This document shows, one piece after another, positions 1 through 9,357 of a DNA stretch of 26,826 bases (its first letter is position 1; the number at the start of each line of letters is the position of its first letter). A model generated the notes under the pieces. That model was not told the DNA's origin. It did not search any database and saw nothing but the letters and a program-made list of their open reading frames with translations. Source of the stretch: a virus (taxonomy: Duplodnaviria > Caudoviricetes); IMG/VR virus record IMGVR_UViG_3300037721_000033, positions 1-26,826 of that record. One strand, 5' to 3'. The translations under genes were made by a program, and so were the position numbers.

Positions 1-1
1 T

Positions 2-253
2 GACGGGCAGATCCGCAACCTGCAGCGTCAGGTGCCGTTCGACATGGTGGTCAACGGGCAGCACATCTGCACCTGGATCGCTGATGCCGTGTATGAGCGC
101 GTGCGACTCCATTACCCGGGATCATCCCAAAAGCAATGGGAGATCGTTGCGGAAGACAGCAAGTCGGTAATCACGCGCAAGAGGGCAGAATATTCCATCA
201 AGCGCAAGCTGATGGCCGCCTGTCACGGCATCACGATCCAGGAGATCCTGTGA
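2..253 (+). CDS. DUF1064-family (PD-(D/E)XK-like) phage endonuclease, 5'-truncated by the window edge
   Basis: The frame is open from base 2 (DGQIRNLQRQVPFDMVVNGQHICTWIADAVY...VAEDSKS...KRKLM...HGITIQE). The LQRQV-F, (W/Y)IAD, EDxK and KRKLM motifs are typical of DUF1064, and the position upstream of the terminases fits. Confidence 0.75.
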   Translation, partial: DGQIRNLQRQVPFDMVVNGQHICTWIADAVYERVRLHYPGSSQKQWEIVAEDSKSVITRKRAEYSIKRKLMAACHGITIQEIL

Positions 254-576
254 CCCGCACCCGATTCGAGGCCTGGCGAGAGCAACGGCGCGTCGTCGTC
301 GGCGACAGCTACCTCACACCTCGCGAGTACCAGGTGATCTCGATGTACATCGATGGCCTGCGCCAGGCCGAGATGCCGAACAAGCTCGCCTGCAGCGTCA
401 AGACCATCAACGCCCACATACGCGTTGCCAGGGAGCGCGTTGGCGCCAGGACCCTTAACGAACTCATCGCCATGGTGGCGGCGAGCGATGCACTCAGAGG
501 ACGCGGCAGATCCAGTAACCGGGTTGCCGTTACAGGTACTAACGGGCCTGGAACTGCCCCGAGCCGCGTCCTCTGA
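250..576 (+). CDS. LuxR/GerE-type helix-turn-helix DNA-binding protein
   Basis: The GTG start overlaps the previous stop (GTGA). LTPREYQVI...G...EMPNKLACSVKTINAHIRVARERVGARTLNELI is a LuxR-type C-terminal HTH. Confidence 0.8.
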   Translation: MTRTRFEAWREQRRVVVGDSYLTPREYQVISMYIDGLRQAEMPNKLACSVKTINAHIRVARERVGARTLNELIAMVAASDALRGRGRSSNRVAVTGTNGPGTAPSRVL

Positions 577-633
577 CCTTTCACCAACGGAGAGCAGAGT
601 AATGGCATCACAACATATTGAATTGAGTCAAAA

Positions 634-930
634 ATGAGCGGACGAGGAGCGCCAGTTGGCAACCAGAACGCATCTCGAGCCAAGGTATGGAGAGCGGCCA
701 TTGAGCGCGCCTTGGAGCGCAGGAAGCCACTCAGAGAGCGCCTCAAGGCCATCGACGACCTTGCGGATGCGCTGCTCGACAAGGCGCTTACAGGCGACCT
801 TGCGGCACTCCAGGAGTTCGGCAATCGGATGGACGGCAAGCCGGCTCAGTCGCTGCACGTCACGAGCGAGGATGGCTCAAGCGATTTGGTGGATGTTCTG
901 AAGTCTCTCGCAGAGAGGTTGCCAGTCTAA
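634..930 (+). CDS. Putative terminase small subunit
   Basis: N-terminal GAPVGNQNA motif and GDLAALQE...RMDGKPAQ, typical of small phage packaging/DNA-binding proteins located just before TerL. Confidence 0.65.
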   Translation: MSGRGAPVGNQNASRAKVWRAAIERALERRKPLRERLKAIDDLADALLDKALTGDLAALQEFGNRMDGKPAQSLHVTSEDGSSDLVDVLKSLAERLPV

Positions 931-1199
931 TGCCAATGCCACGCAAGGTAGTCGGTGAGCACGCCCAGCTATTCGCTCGAGTCTTTATGGCTCGCCAGGA
1001 GTTGCCGAGCGACAAGGAGCTGGCGCGTTTGGCTGGCGTCTCGCCTGAGACGGTACGTAATTACATGCGCGGCATTAGACAAGGGACTGTTGCTTCTAGT
1101 GAAACAACATCCGCCACAATAGCCGGCAATGTCAGCGCTGGCCATACCCTCGCACCCCGAAGCACAGAAGTGCCTGGACCGCTGGTATCGGCTGACTGA
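930..1199 (+). CDS. Small HTH DNA-binding protein
   Basis: The start overlaps the previous stop (TAATG). SDKELARLAGVSPETVRNYMR is an HTH. The 3' end overlaps terL. Confidence 0.55.
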   Translation: MPMPRKVVGEHAQLFARVFMARQELPSDKELARLAGVSPETVRNYMRGIRQGTVASSETTSATIAGNVSAGHTLAPRSTEVPGPLVSAD

Positions 1200-2493
1200 T
1201 CACGATACGCAACTCTCTCTCGTCAACGACGAGGTTCGATTCAAAGTTGCGCCATGTGGTCGACGCTCAGGAAAATCTGAGCGGGCCAAGCGGTACATGG
1301 CCCGGGCCTGCATGTCAGCGCCTGACATGTACTTCATAGGCGCGCCAACCTACGACCAGGTACGGCGCATCTACTGGGAGGATATGAAGCTGCTGTGCTT
1401 CGCTCCCTTGTTCGGCCCGCGGGCTGTATCCGAGGTAGACCTCACGATTCGCTTCCCGAACGGATCGATGCTCTGCCTGATCGGCTTCGACAAACCTCAG
1501 CGCTTCGAGGGAATTCCCTGGGGCGGCGGCGTCATCGATGAGGTGGCCGATCTAAAGGCCAACGCATGGCCCGAGAACATCGGGCCGGCACTCGACACCG
1601 TCGACCCACGAAAGCCGCATCGCCGTGCATGGGCATGGCTGATCGGCGTGCCGAACGGGCTGAATCACTACTACGACCTGGCCGAGTACGCGCGCAACTC
1701 AGGGGACAGCGACTGGAAGCTCTACCACTGGAAGTCCAGCGAGATCCTGCCGGCCGACGTGATCGATGCAGCCAAGCGACGCATGAGCGCTCGGCAGTAC
1801 CGCCAGGAATACGAGGCCAGCTTTGAGGGTGCGAGCGGCCGAATTTACGAGGACTACGGTGATGCGAATCTCAGCAGCGAGACCATCGGCAGTGCTGAGC
1901 GAATCCACTGGATGCACGACTTCAACTACAGCCCGCTCTCCAGCTGCATAGGCGTGCGCAGAGGCGAGTCTCTCTACTGCCTGGACGAGATCATCTTGGA
2001 GTCTGCGGTCGCACGACAGACGGCCCTGGAGTTCGTCGATCGCTACAAGGCGCACGAGAACAAGAACCTGCTGCTGTACGGCGACCCGGCTGGCAAGGCA
2101 GGCGAGAAGCACGGCCAGATCTCGAACTACACCGAAGTAGAGAAGGTGCTGCGCGAGCATGGCTGGAGCGTGCAGCGCAAGGTCAAGCCAGCGGCGCCGG
2201 CCATCCGCGACCGGCAGAACGCGGTGCGCGCCAAGCACTGCAATGCCGCAGGCCAGCGCTCGCTGTTCTGCAATCCCGTGCGCGCGCCCTACACGCACAA
2301 GGGATTTAGCACTGTGCAGATGAAGGACGGCTCGACGTTCCTCGAGGCCGAGAGCGACTACCAGCACGTCACCACCGCGGTGGGCTACTGCGTTGACTAC
2401 GAGTGGCCGGTGCTGGTCGATACGAGCGTACCGCGCCCCGTTGCGCGGCCTATACCGAACGTCAATCACTACAACAAGGCGGTACGGCGGTGA
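1129..2493 (+). CDS. terL: Terminase large subunit (Terminase_6-like)
   Basis: Walker A CGRRSGKS, GAPTYDQ, Walker B GVIDE, G(V)PNG coupling motif, RQEYEASF, and an RNase H-like nuclease part (HDFN...LDEI...GDPAG). Confidence 0.95.
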   Translation: MSALAIPSHPEAQKCLDRWYRLTDHDTQLSLVNDEVRFKVAPCGRRSGKSERAKRYMARACMSAPDMYFIGAPTYDQVRRIYWEDMKLLCFAPLFGPRAVSEVDLTIRFPNGSMLCLIGFDKPQRFEGIPWGGGVIDEVADLKANAWPENIGPALDTVDPRKPHRRAWAWLIGVPNGLNHYYDLAEYARNSGDSDWKLYHWKSSEILPADVIDAAKRRMSARQYRQEYEASFEGASGRIYEDYGDANLSSETIGSAERIHWMHDFNYSPLSSCIGVRRGESLYCLDEIILESAVARQTALEFVDRYKAHENKNLLLYGDPAGKAGEKHGQISNYTEVEKVLREHGWSVQRKVKPAAPAIRDRQNAVRAKHCNAAGQRSLFCNPVRAPYTHKGFSTVQMKDGSTFLEAESDYQHVTTAVGYCVDYEWPVLVDTSVPRPVARPIPNVNHYNKAVRR

Positions 2494-2996
2494 GCCCGAA
2501 ACAGTTTCTGGAACGCATTATTGTTGGAAAGGCAGGCGTCCTGCATGAGCCAGCCTTACCTGAAGGCCTGACGCTTCGTCGAAATGCCGAGATGGGTAAC
2601 AGCCGCGAAATCCTGTTCATGGGCGAAGTTGTCTGCGAGCAATACGGCGGCGATCTGGGGATGTGGGTTTGGGCAAATGAGCCGCTGACATCCGAGAAGG
2701 CTTCGGCGTTCGACGCGGAGTACCCGGATGCCGGAAAGCTTGAGAAGCCGCTGGGCTTTGAACTGCACGACAAGAGAGCTACTAAGGCGAGCGATCCAGC
2801 CAGCTGGACGCCGGCCGATGCTGTCTACGATGCGAGCCTGCGCATGCAGGGCAAGGAGGTCACCCAGCTCGTTGTGTACTGGTGGGAGAAGCAGGAAGGC
2901 CGTGAGGTGTTGAAGTGGTCGAATGCGACCAGCGGCATTGCCGAGCACGGCTGGCTGCTGCAGAGGGCGCTCAACGCCCTGATGGAGCCGAAATGA
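2490..2996 (+). CDS. Hypothetical protein (accessory gene between terL and portal)
   Basis: The GTG start overlaps the terL stop and the stop overlaps the next ATG; the composition is protein-like. Confidence 0.65.
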   Translation: MSPKQFLERIIVGKAGVLHEPALPEGLTLRRNAEMGNSREILFMGEVVCEQYGGDLGMWVWANEPLTSEKASAFDAEYPDAGKLEKPLGFELHDKRATKASDPASWTPADAVYDASLRMQGKEVTQLVVYWWEKQEGREVLKWSNATSGIAEHGWLLQRALNALMEPK

Positions 2997-3211
2997 GCAA
3001 ACACAAACCAGCGGCGGCGGGACTTCAGGCGTCGACCCCTGCGGCCTACATCCTGGTCTCGCACGTCGACCACACCCTCTTCCAGGATCGCGTAACAGCG
3101 CTCATGGCCGAAGGCTGGCAGCCAATAGGCGGCGTCGCGCTCGGTGAGTACCACGAGCCCGAGAGTCGGCGGCGCATGCCTGGATATCACCAGGCGATGG
3201 TGCGGCGATGA
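2993..3211 (+). CDS. DUF1737-like small protein
   Basis: YILV...FQDRVTALMAEGWQPIGGVAL...YHQAMVR matches the DUF1737 pattern; ATGA overlaps at both ends. Confidence 0.7.
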   Translation: MSKHKPAAAGLQASTPAAYILVSHVDHTLFQDRVTALMAEGWQPIGGVALGEYHEPESRRRMPGYHQAMVRR

Positions 3212-3312
3212 GCATATGGATTGAGAGACTGCTGGTCCTGCTGGCCGTGCTCGCCCAGCTTGCGCTCTGGGCGCAATTCATAGTGGTTGCCAAGAAGGTT
3301 TTACGGCGATGA
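3208..3312 (+). CDS. 34-aa single-pass membrane peptide (not in ORF track)
   Basis: MSIWIERLLVLLAVLAQLALWAQFIVVAKKVLRR; ATGA overlaps with both neighbours. Confidence 0.55.
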   Translation: MSIWIERLLVLLAVLAQLALWAQFIVVAKKVLRR

Positions 3313-3437
3313 CCGAACACATCAGCTTCGTACAGATGATCGGCGCCACTCGCTGGCTGGGCACCTACACCGTGCGCTACGACGCTGAGGGCCAGCCAAT
3401 GGCTGGCACGCTGATTGAGTGGGAGCGCCTGCCGTGA
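3309..3437 (+). CDS. 42-aa hypothetical peptide (not in ORF track)
   Basis: MTEHISFVQMIGATRWLGTYTVRYDAEGQPMAGTLIEWERLP; ATGA start overlap, and its stop overlaps the portal GTG. Confidence 0.5.
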   Translation: MTEHISFVQMIGATRWLGTYTVRYDAEGQPMAGTLIEWERLP

Positions 3438-5518
3438 CCAAGCCGCAAGCCGAGACCTGGCCCGACATCCACGCGCGCGCCCTCGAGAACTTCAAAGCCT
3501 CCTGGGATGCGTGCTGGGAGGAGCGGGCGCAGTGCCTGGAGGATAGGCGCTTTATCTGCGTGCCCGGCGCTCAGTGGGAAGGCCCGCTGGAGTTGCAGTA
3601 CGAGAACAAGCCGCGGCTCGAGGTCGACAAGATCGCGCTCGCGGTCACCAAGATCTGCAACGAGTACCGCAACAACCGCGTCGACGTGATGTTCGCGCCG
3701 AAAAACGGCGAGGCCGCGGACGAGCTTGCCGATGCGTGCGCGGCTCGCTACCGGGCTGATGAGGCCGACAGCTGTGCCGAGGATGCGCGCGACAACGCGT
3801 TCGATGAGGGTGTGATGGGTGGATTCGGTGCGTGGCGACTGCGCTCTCAGTACGAGGACGATGCCGACAGCGAGAACGAATACCAGTGCCTGCGCTGGGA
3901 GGCGATCTACGAGGCCGACCAGTACGTATTCTTTGACGCCAACGCGCGCCGGCACGACAAGTCGGACGCCAAGCATGCGTGCTTGCTCACTCCGATCACG
4001 CGCGCCGCATACAAGGCCGAGTACGGCGATGACCCGTCGAGCTGGCCGATACAGCGCTGGGACAGCGGTCATTTCCAGTGGTGCACGCCCGACCTCGTAT
4101 TCCTCTGCGAGTACTACGAGGTCGAGCAGAAGCGAGATGTTGTCGAGGTATGGGCCAGCCAGATCTCAGGGGATGAAGAGCGGCACCTGAAGTCCAAGCT
4201 GGACGCGAGCGAGGGCGATCCTCGATACGACATGGAGGTCAAGGGGTACAAGCTCGCTCGCACCAAGAAGATCAAGCGGCCCGTCGTGCACAAGTGGCTG
4301 CTCAACGGTAATGCCGTGCTCGAGGACTGTGGACTGATCCCCGGTGAGCACATCCCGATCATCCCCTTCTATGGCAAGCGCCGCGTTGTCGATGAGGTGG
4401 AGCGCTGTACCGGCCACGTGCGCAAGTGCAAGGACTCTCAGCGGCTCAAGAACGTGCAGCTGTCCAAGCTCGCGGAGATCTCGGGCAAGTCCAGCGTCGA
4501 GAAGCCGATCATGTTCCCCGAGCAAATCGCTGGGCATGAAGTGCGCTGGTCCGAGGACAACATCAAGGACTATCCGTACCTGCTGATCAATCCGATCTAC
4601 GACGCCAACGGGCAGCCGATCTACTCCGGCGCCATTGGGTTCACGAAGCCCCCGGTCATACCCGAGGCGCTCGCGGCTCTGCTGCAGATCACCGAGACCG
4701 ACATCAAGGAGATCCTTGGTAACCAGGAGCAGGGTGAGTCGGTCGAGCCGAACATCTCAGGCAAGGTCATAGAGCTGGTGCAGGCGCGTCTGGACATGCA
4801 GACCAGCGGTTACATCGAAAACATGAAGAAGGCCTGCAAGCGCGCAGGCGAGGTCTGGCTATCGGCGGCGAAGGACATCTACGTCGAGGAAGGCCGCAAG
4901 CTCAAGGGCATCACCAACACCGGTGACACGGTGCCGCTGGTCGTCGGAAAGATCACGGTGAGCAAGTCCGGCAAGACCGTCGCCGAGAACGATTTCAGCA
5001 AGGCCAACTTCGAGTGCCGGGTCGATGTCGGGCCTGCCACCGCGAGCCGCAAGCAATCGGTGGTGCGCAGCATGGCCAACATCCTGCAGGTGACGCAGGA
5101 CCCGCAAGACCAGCAGGTGATCACCGCCACGATGTTCGCCAACATGGAAGGCGAGGGCCTGGGAGACCTGCGCAAGTACTACCGCAAGAAGATGCTCAAG
5201 CTTGGCGTTGCACAGCCGACCGAGGCGGAGAAGGTCGAGATGGACAAGGAAGCCGAGGGCGAGAAGCCAGACGCCAACACCGAGTTCTTACAGGCCTCAG
5301 CGCGCCAGGCCGATGCCGAGGCGAAGCAGGCAACCGCCAACGTCGTCCTCAAGGTCGCGCAGGCCGGCAAGACCGAGGCGGAGAGAGTCAAGATCGAGAG
5401 CGAAACCGACCAGCAGCAGCAAAGCCAGGGACTCGAGATCATCGATCGCGTGGCCCCGAACCTGCTGCCCGGTCAGCCACAACAATCCCAGCCCCAGCCC
5501 CAGCCCACAGGAGCGTGA
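3434..5518 (+). CDS. Portal protein, P22 gp1-like
   Basis: About 694 aa. DRRF...GAQW, GGFGAWRL, IPGEHIPIIPFYG and VDVGP...SRKQ motifs plus a long helical C-terminal barrel. Probable GTG start at 3434 overlapping the upstream stop. Confidence 0.93.
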   Translation: MTKPQAETWPDIHARALENFKASWDACWEERAQCLEDRRFICVPGAQWEGPLELQYENKPRLEVDKIALAVTKICNEYRNNRVDVMFAPKNGEAADELADACAARYRADEADSCAEDARDNAFDEGVMGGFGAWRLRSQYEDDADSENEYQCLRWEAIYEADQYVFFDANARRHDKSDAKHACLLTPITRAAYKAEYGDDPSSWPIQRWDSGHFQWCTPDLVFLCEYYEVEQKRDVVEVWASQISGDEERHLKSKLDASEGDPRYDMEVKGYKLARTKKIKRPVVHKWLLNGNAVLEDCGLIPGEHIPIIPFYGKRRVVDEVERCTGHVRKCKDSQRLKNVQLSKLAEISGKSSVEKPIMFPEQIAGHEVRWSEDNIKDYPYLLINPIYDANGQPIYSGAIGFTKPPVIPEALAALLQITETDIKEILGNQEQGESVEPNISGKVIELVQARLDMQTSGYIENMKKACKRAGEVWLSAAKDIYVEEGRKLKGITNTGDTVPLVVGKITVSKSGKTVAENDFSKANFECRVDVGPATASRKQSVVRSMANILQVTQDPQDQQVITATMFANMEGEGLGDLRKYYRKKMLKLGVAQPTEAEKVEMDKEAEGEKPDANTEFLQASARQADAEAKQATANVVLKVAQAGKTEAERVKIESETDQQQQSQGLEIIDRVAPNLLPGQPQQSQPQPQPTGA

Positions 5519-5519
5519 T

Positions 5520-6362
5520 ATGCACGCAGAGACCACGACCGACGCAGCTGCCGAGATCGAGATCGAAGCCGAGCCCATCGAGGGCGAGGAGGCCGCGGCA
5601 GAATCGGCAAAGGAAGCCGAGGCCGGCGAGCTCGTTGTAACGATCGGCGAAGAGGCCGCCGAGGCCGATCCATTCGTCGGCCAACAGGCGCCGAGTTGGG
5701 TCAAGGACCTGCGCAAGCGCGAGCGGCAGCTTGCAAAGGAGAATCAGAAGCTACGCGAGCAGGTGCAGTCCGCTGTGCCAGCATCGCAACAGCAGCTGCC
5801 CAAGGAGCCTGACCTTGAGGACTTCGACTACGACGCCGCCAAGTTCAAGGCGGCGCACCGCGAGTGGATGCAGAAGTCGAACGAGATCGAGCAGCGCAAC
5901 AAGTCAGCCAAGGAGCAGGAGACAGCAGCCGAGCGCGCGTGGCAGGAGCGGCTGACCAACTACGGCACCAGCAAGGCCAAGCTGGGAGTTGCCGACTTTG
6001 ATGAAGCCGAAGAGACGGTCTTTAGTGTTTTGAACAAAACACAGCAGGGAATCATTCTGCAGGGTAGCGACAAAGCAGAACTGTTGATATACGCTTTGGG
6101 TCGTAATCCCGCGAAGTTGCAAAGTCTCGCGTCGATTCAAGACCCGGTTCGCTACGCATTCGCTGTAGCCCAACTGGAGACGCAATTGAAGACGACGCGA
6201 CGCCCCACCACGCAACCCGAAGGCCGTATCGAGCAGCGCTCATCCGGCAAACCTACGACTAGCGAGGCAGGGCTCGAAAAGCTTCGCGCTGAAGCCGCCA
6301 AGACCGGCGACTATTCCAAAGTCACTGCCTACAAGCAGCAGATGCGCGCAGCGAAGAAATAG
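5520..6362 (+). CDS. Capsid scaffolding protein
   Basis: Acidic N-terminus, coiled coil, P-LEDFDYD, and a C-terminal helix-turn-helix (LRAEAAKTGDYSKVTAYKQQ) like the P22 gp8 coat-binding domain; located between portal and coat. Confidence 0.88.
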   Translation: MHAETTTDAAAEIEIEAEPIEGEEAAAESAKEAEAGELVVTIGEEAAEADPFVGQQAPSWVKDLRKRERQLAKENQKLREQVQSAVPASQQQLPKEPDLEDFDYDAAKFKAAHREWMQKSNEIEQRNKSAKEQETAAERAWQERLTNYGTSKAKLGVADFDEAEETVFSVLNKTQQGIILQGSDKAELLIYALGRNPAKLQSLASIQDPVRYAFAVAQLETQLKTTRRPTTQPEGRIEQRSSGKPTTSEAGLEKLRAEAAKTGDYSKVTAYKQQMRAAKK

Positions 6363-6363
6363 C

Positions 6364-6415
6364 ACTTCGCCCGTTGGCTTGAGCCCGTGCGAAGTATCGC
6401 AACTTCGCATAGGGC
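6364..6415 (+). promoter_or_regulatory. Structured coat-gene leader with mutually exclusive hairpins
   Basis: ACTTCGC occurs at 6364-6370 and 6402-6408; both copies are complementary to GCGAAGT at 6389-6395. GCCC (6383-6386) can pair with GGGC (6412-6415). Confidence 0.45.
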
Positions 6416-6421
6416 CAATAG

Positions 6422-7696
6422 ATGTCCAACGATTTCAACAAAGAGGAACGCGTAGCCTTCGAGGATATGCTCGAAGGGTTCCAAGATGCGCTGGTTCTCA
6501 GCCGCATGGTCTCCAAGTACAACGTCGGAGCTCAGGAGAGCGAGCGATCGAGTGACACCAAGTGGCGGCCGATGCCGTACATATCGCAGTCCTTCGCCGG
6601 CCGCGACCAGACTGCCAACTTCGTTCGCAACACACAGCTTTCGGTGCCCTCGACCGTGGGCTTCGAGCGCTCCGCGCCCTGGGTGATGACTGCAACCGAG
6701 CTGCGCGATGCGATCCAGGAGAAGAGCCTGGGCATTGCCGCTGCTCAGAAGCTGGCCAGCGACATCAACGTGAGCGTGATGAACGTTGCCTGCAACCAGG
6801 GCACCTGCGTCGTGACCAGCACGACCACGCCGGTGGGATTCAACGACGTAGCGCTGGCAGAGGCGGTCTTCAACGAGATCGGCGTCCAGCGAGAGAACCG
6901 CCACCTGGCGCTCTCGACGCGCGACTACAACTCGATGGCCAGCAACCTCGCGAACCGCGCAGACATCAGCGCGCAGCTGTCCAGCGAGGCATGGCGCAAG
7001 GCGTACCTGGGCGAGGTGTCCTCTTTCAGCACGTGGAAACTCGACTACGCAAACCGCATCCAGGCGGCAGGTGGGGGCGGATCGATCACCATCAGCACCC
7101 TGGCATCCAGCGCGAACAACTACATCCCGGTCAGCACGCGCACGGCGACCACCGGTGAGACCTCGAACGTCGACAACCGCTACCAGCAGGTCACGGTCTC
7201 GAGCACGACCAGCGTCCTGCCGGGCGACTGCTTCACGATCGCGACCAGCCAATCGGTGCACCTGATCACAAAGCAGGCGACCGGCCAGCTGAAGACGCAC
7301 CGCGTAATCTCGGTCGACAGCTCCACCACGATGACGATCAGTCCGCCGATCATCAGCGGCGCATTCGGCACCGATGCGGAGCTGCAGTATCAGAACGTGT
7401 CCATTGGCACGCGCGCATCGAACTCGGCCATTGTGTTCATCAACTACGACGCGGCTGCAATCAACCCGTTCTGGCACAAGGATGCGATCGAGCTTCGCCC
7501 CAGCACCTACGAGGTACCCAGGGACAGTGGCGCAGGCGTGATGCGCTCCACCACTGACCAGGGCATCGAGGTCGTGTGGACGAAGTTCTTCGACATGAAG
7601 ACCTTCGAGACGCTGTTCCGCGCGGATGTGCGCTACGGCGTGACCAACAAGCAGCCCGAAATGACCGGCATCATGCTGTTCAGCCAGACCCCGTAA
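6422..7696 (+). CDS. Major capsid (coat) protein, P22 gp5-like
   Basis: 424 aa. MSNDFNKEERVAFED, WRPMPY, AAQKLASDIN, GDCFTIA insertion domain, and C-terminal R-D--YGV----PEM-G. Confidence 0.95.
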   Translation: MSNDFNKEERVAFEDMLEGFQDALVLSRMVSKYNVGAQESERSSDTKWRPMPYISQSFAGRDQTANFVRNTQLSVPSTVGFERSAPWVMTATELRDAIQEKSLGIAAAQKLASDINVSVMNVACNQGTCVVTSTTTPVGFNDVALAEAVFNEIGVQRENRHLALSTRDYNSMASNLANRADISAQLSSEAWRKAYLGEVSSFSTWKLDYANRIQAAGGGGSITISTLASSANNYIPVSTRTATTGETSNVDNRYQQVTVSSTTSVLPGDCFTIATSQSVHLITKQATGQLKTHRVISVDSSTTMTISPPIISGAFGTDAELQYQNVSIGTRASNSAIVFINYDAAAINPFWHKDAIELRPSTYEVPRDSGAGVMRSTTDQGIEVVWTKFFDMKTFETLFRADVRYGVTNKQPEMTGIMLFSQTP

Positions 7697-7708
7697 GGAG
7701 CAACCATC

Positions 7709-8353
7709 ATGACTGCAGGCGTTGTTTACCCGCGCGGCACTGGCGTTATCTCAGTGCCTGCCTCCCAGAAGATCGGCGTGGTATCGGCCGGTACGTTCCG
7801 TATCTTCCGGCGCAACGGCTATCCGAATCTGCCGGCAACTCGCTCGCTGGTGGGCTCGTTCTCGGCGACGAGCACGATTCAAGGGACGTTCTCTACCACC
7901 ATCGCAACCACCATTGAGATCGAGGCCGACGAGGCCGAGGTGCGATACGACTATGCGACGGACCCCGACGTGCGCGGCCTGGAGATTGTCTTTCAGGGTG
8001 CCCCGAGCGCCAAGACGGTTGCCGTCACGCTTACCGCGGCAGAGTTGCTGACGAAGATCATTACCGGCGTGCATACCGCCGGCGCGACGCAAGCGTACAC
8101 GCTGCCCACCGGCACGCTGTTGGATGCGGCTGTCGACTTCGACATCAACGACAGCTTCGACTGGACCCTGATCAACAACTCACTGGCTGCGGCCGACACC
8201 ATTACCGTTACCGCTGACACGGGTCACACCGTGGTCGGCACGATGGTGTGCCAGTCGCTGCACTCCACCACCGGGCTGATTCACGGCAACGCGCTGTCAC
8301 TGCGCACCCGCAAGACCGCCGCCAACACGTTCGTGACCTACCGCTTGGGCTGA
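7709..8353 (+). CDS. Virion structural protein (probable head decoration/accessory protein)
   Basis: Strong RBS (TAAGGAG) immediately after the coat gene; Thr/Ala/Val-rich, beta-type composition. Confidence 0.7.
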   Translation: MTAGVVYPRGTGVISVPASQKIGVVSAGTFRIFRRNGYPNLPATRSLVGSFSATSTIQGTFSTTIATTIEIEADEAEVRYDYATDPDVRGLEIVFQGAPSAKTVAVTLTAAELLTKIITGVHTAGATQAYTLPTGTLLDAAVDFDINDSFDWTLINNSLAAADTITVTADTGHTVVGTMVCQSLHSTTGLIHGNALSLRTRKTAANTFVTYRLG

Positions 8354-8359
8354 GGCATT

Positions 8360-8388
8360 CGGGCCGGTTGTGAGCCGGCCCGCTCTTT
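8360..8388 (+). terminator. Probable weak intrinsic terminator/attenuator after the head genes
   Basis: CGGGCCGG-TTGTGAG-CCGGCCCG hairpin followed by CTCTTT. Confidence 0.55.
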
Positions 8389-8877
8389 ATGGGCTGGACC
8401 AAGCAACAATTCCTTGAAGCGGCCTACGAAGAGATAGGCCTTGCCGGCTATGTGTTCGACTTGGACCCCGAGCAGCTGCAGACGGCGGCGCGAAAGATGG
8501 ATTCGATGATGGCCTCGTGGAATGCCCTAGGCATTCGCATCGGTTACCCGATTTCCAGCAACCCCGGCAACATCGATTTGACCCAGGCCACTGGCGTGCC
8601 TGACTACGCCAACGAGGCCATCTACTGCAGCCTCTCTGTCCGCTTGGCTGGCGGTCTGGGCAAGCAGCCATCCCAGGATACGCGCTCGACGGCGCACCGC
8701 GGCTATGCGGCGCTACTGACCCGTGCCGTACGTCCGCTGCCGGTGCAGCAGCCGGTGACCATGATTGCCGGCCAAGGGCACCGAGGCTATGGCCACCATG
8801 CGCACGTGTTTTTGACACCGCCGAGTGATCCGCTCACCGCCGGGCCTGACTCCCAGATCGATGACATCGAGGTGTGA
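8389..8877 (+). CDS. Head-to-tail adaptor / packaged DNA stabilization protein, P22 gp4-like
   Basis: WTKQQF...A..EIGLA...LDPEQLQTA.RKMDSMMASW...GIRIGYP...LSVRLA, plus position after the capsid genes. Confidence 0.85.
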   Translation: MGWTKQQFLEAAYEEIGLAGYVFDLDPEQLQTAARKMDSMMASWNALGIRIGYPISSNPGNIDLTQATGVPDYANEAIYCSLSVRLAGGLGKQPSQDTRSTAHRGYAALLTRAVRPLPVQQPVTMIAGQGHRGYGHHAHVFLTPPSDPLTAGPDSQIDDIEV

Positions 8878-8880
8878 CCC

Positions 8881-9357
8881 GTGACGACGATTGACAGGCT
8901 ATCGGCGCTGGATGAGTTGGCCGCCGGTGACAGCCTGGTGCTGTACTCATCGGCCAACAGCGATGCGCGGCGGGCCACGCTGACGACGCTGTTAGAGTTC
9001 CTGGCCGAGAACCAGACGAGCACAGCCCGGCCGTTCTTCAGTCAGTACTCAGCGCCCAGCGGCAACTTCACCGTTGCAATCGGCGCCACGCACGACGATG
9101 CGGACGGATCCGAGAACGTCCACCTGATCTTGACGCCCACGGGGACCATCACCACGGGCGCTATAACGCTGCCTGCCGTGGCCGGTTGCGTGGACGGGCA
9201 AGAGGTGCTGCTCAACACAACTCAGATCGTGACGAACTTCTCCGTGGCCGGGAATGGCGCTGCCGATGTGATCGGCGAGCCTTCGACGCTGGCGGCTAAC
9301 GCGTTCGTGCGGTTGAAGTTCGACGAGGTGACGACCAACTGGTACCGCGTGGGCTGA
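8881..9357 (+). CDS. Structural protein of unknown function
   Basis: 158 aa between the gp4-like and gp10-like genes; beta-rich C-terminal half ending in WYRVG. Confidence 0.7.
   Translation: MTTIDRLSALDELAAGDSLVLYSSANSDARRATLTTLLEFLAENQTSTARPFFSQYSAPSGNFTVAIGATHDDADGSENVHLILTPTGTITTGAITLPAVAGCVDGQEVLLNTTQIVTNFSVAGNGAADVIGEPSTLAANAFVRLKFDEVTTNWYRVG

Noticed and set aside
5478-5508. CCCAGC short tandem repeat
   Set aside because: It simply encodes the QPQPQP low-complexity tail of the portal.
5202-5519. N-terminal extensions in the ORF track (scaffold from 5202; likewise 10669, 14153, 20249, 25757)
   Set aside because: They overlap upstream genes or regulatory DNA; downstream starts with an RBS or stop/start coupling are more plausible.
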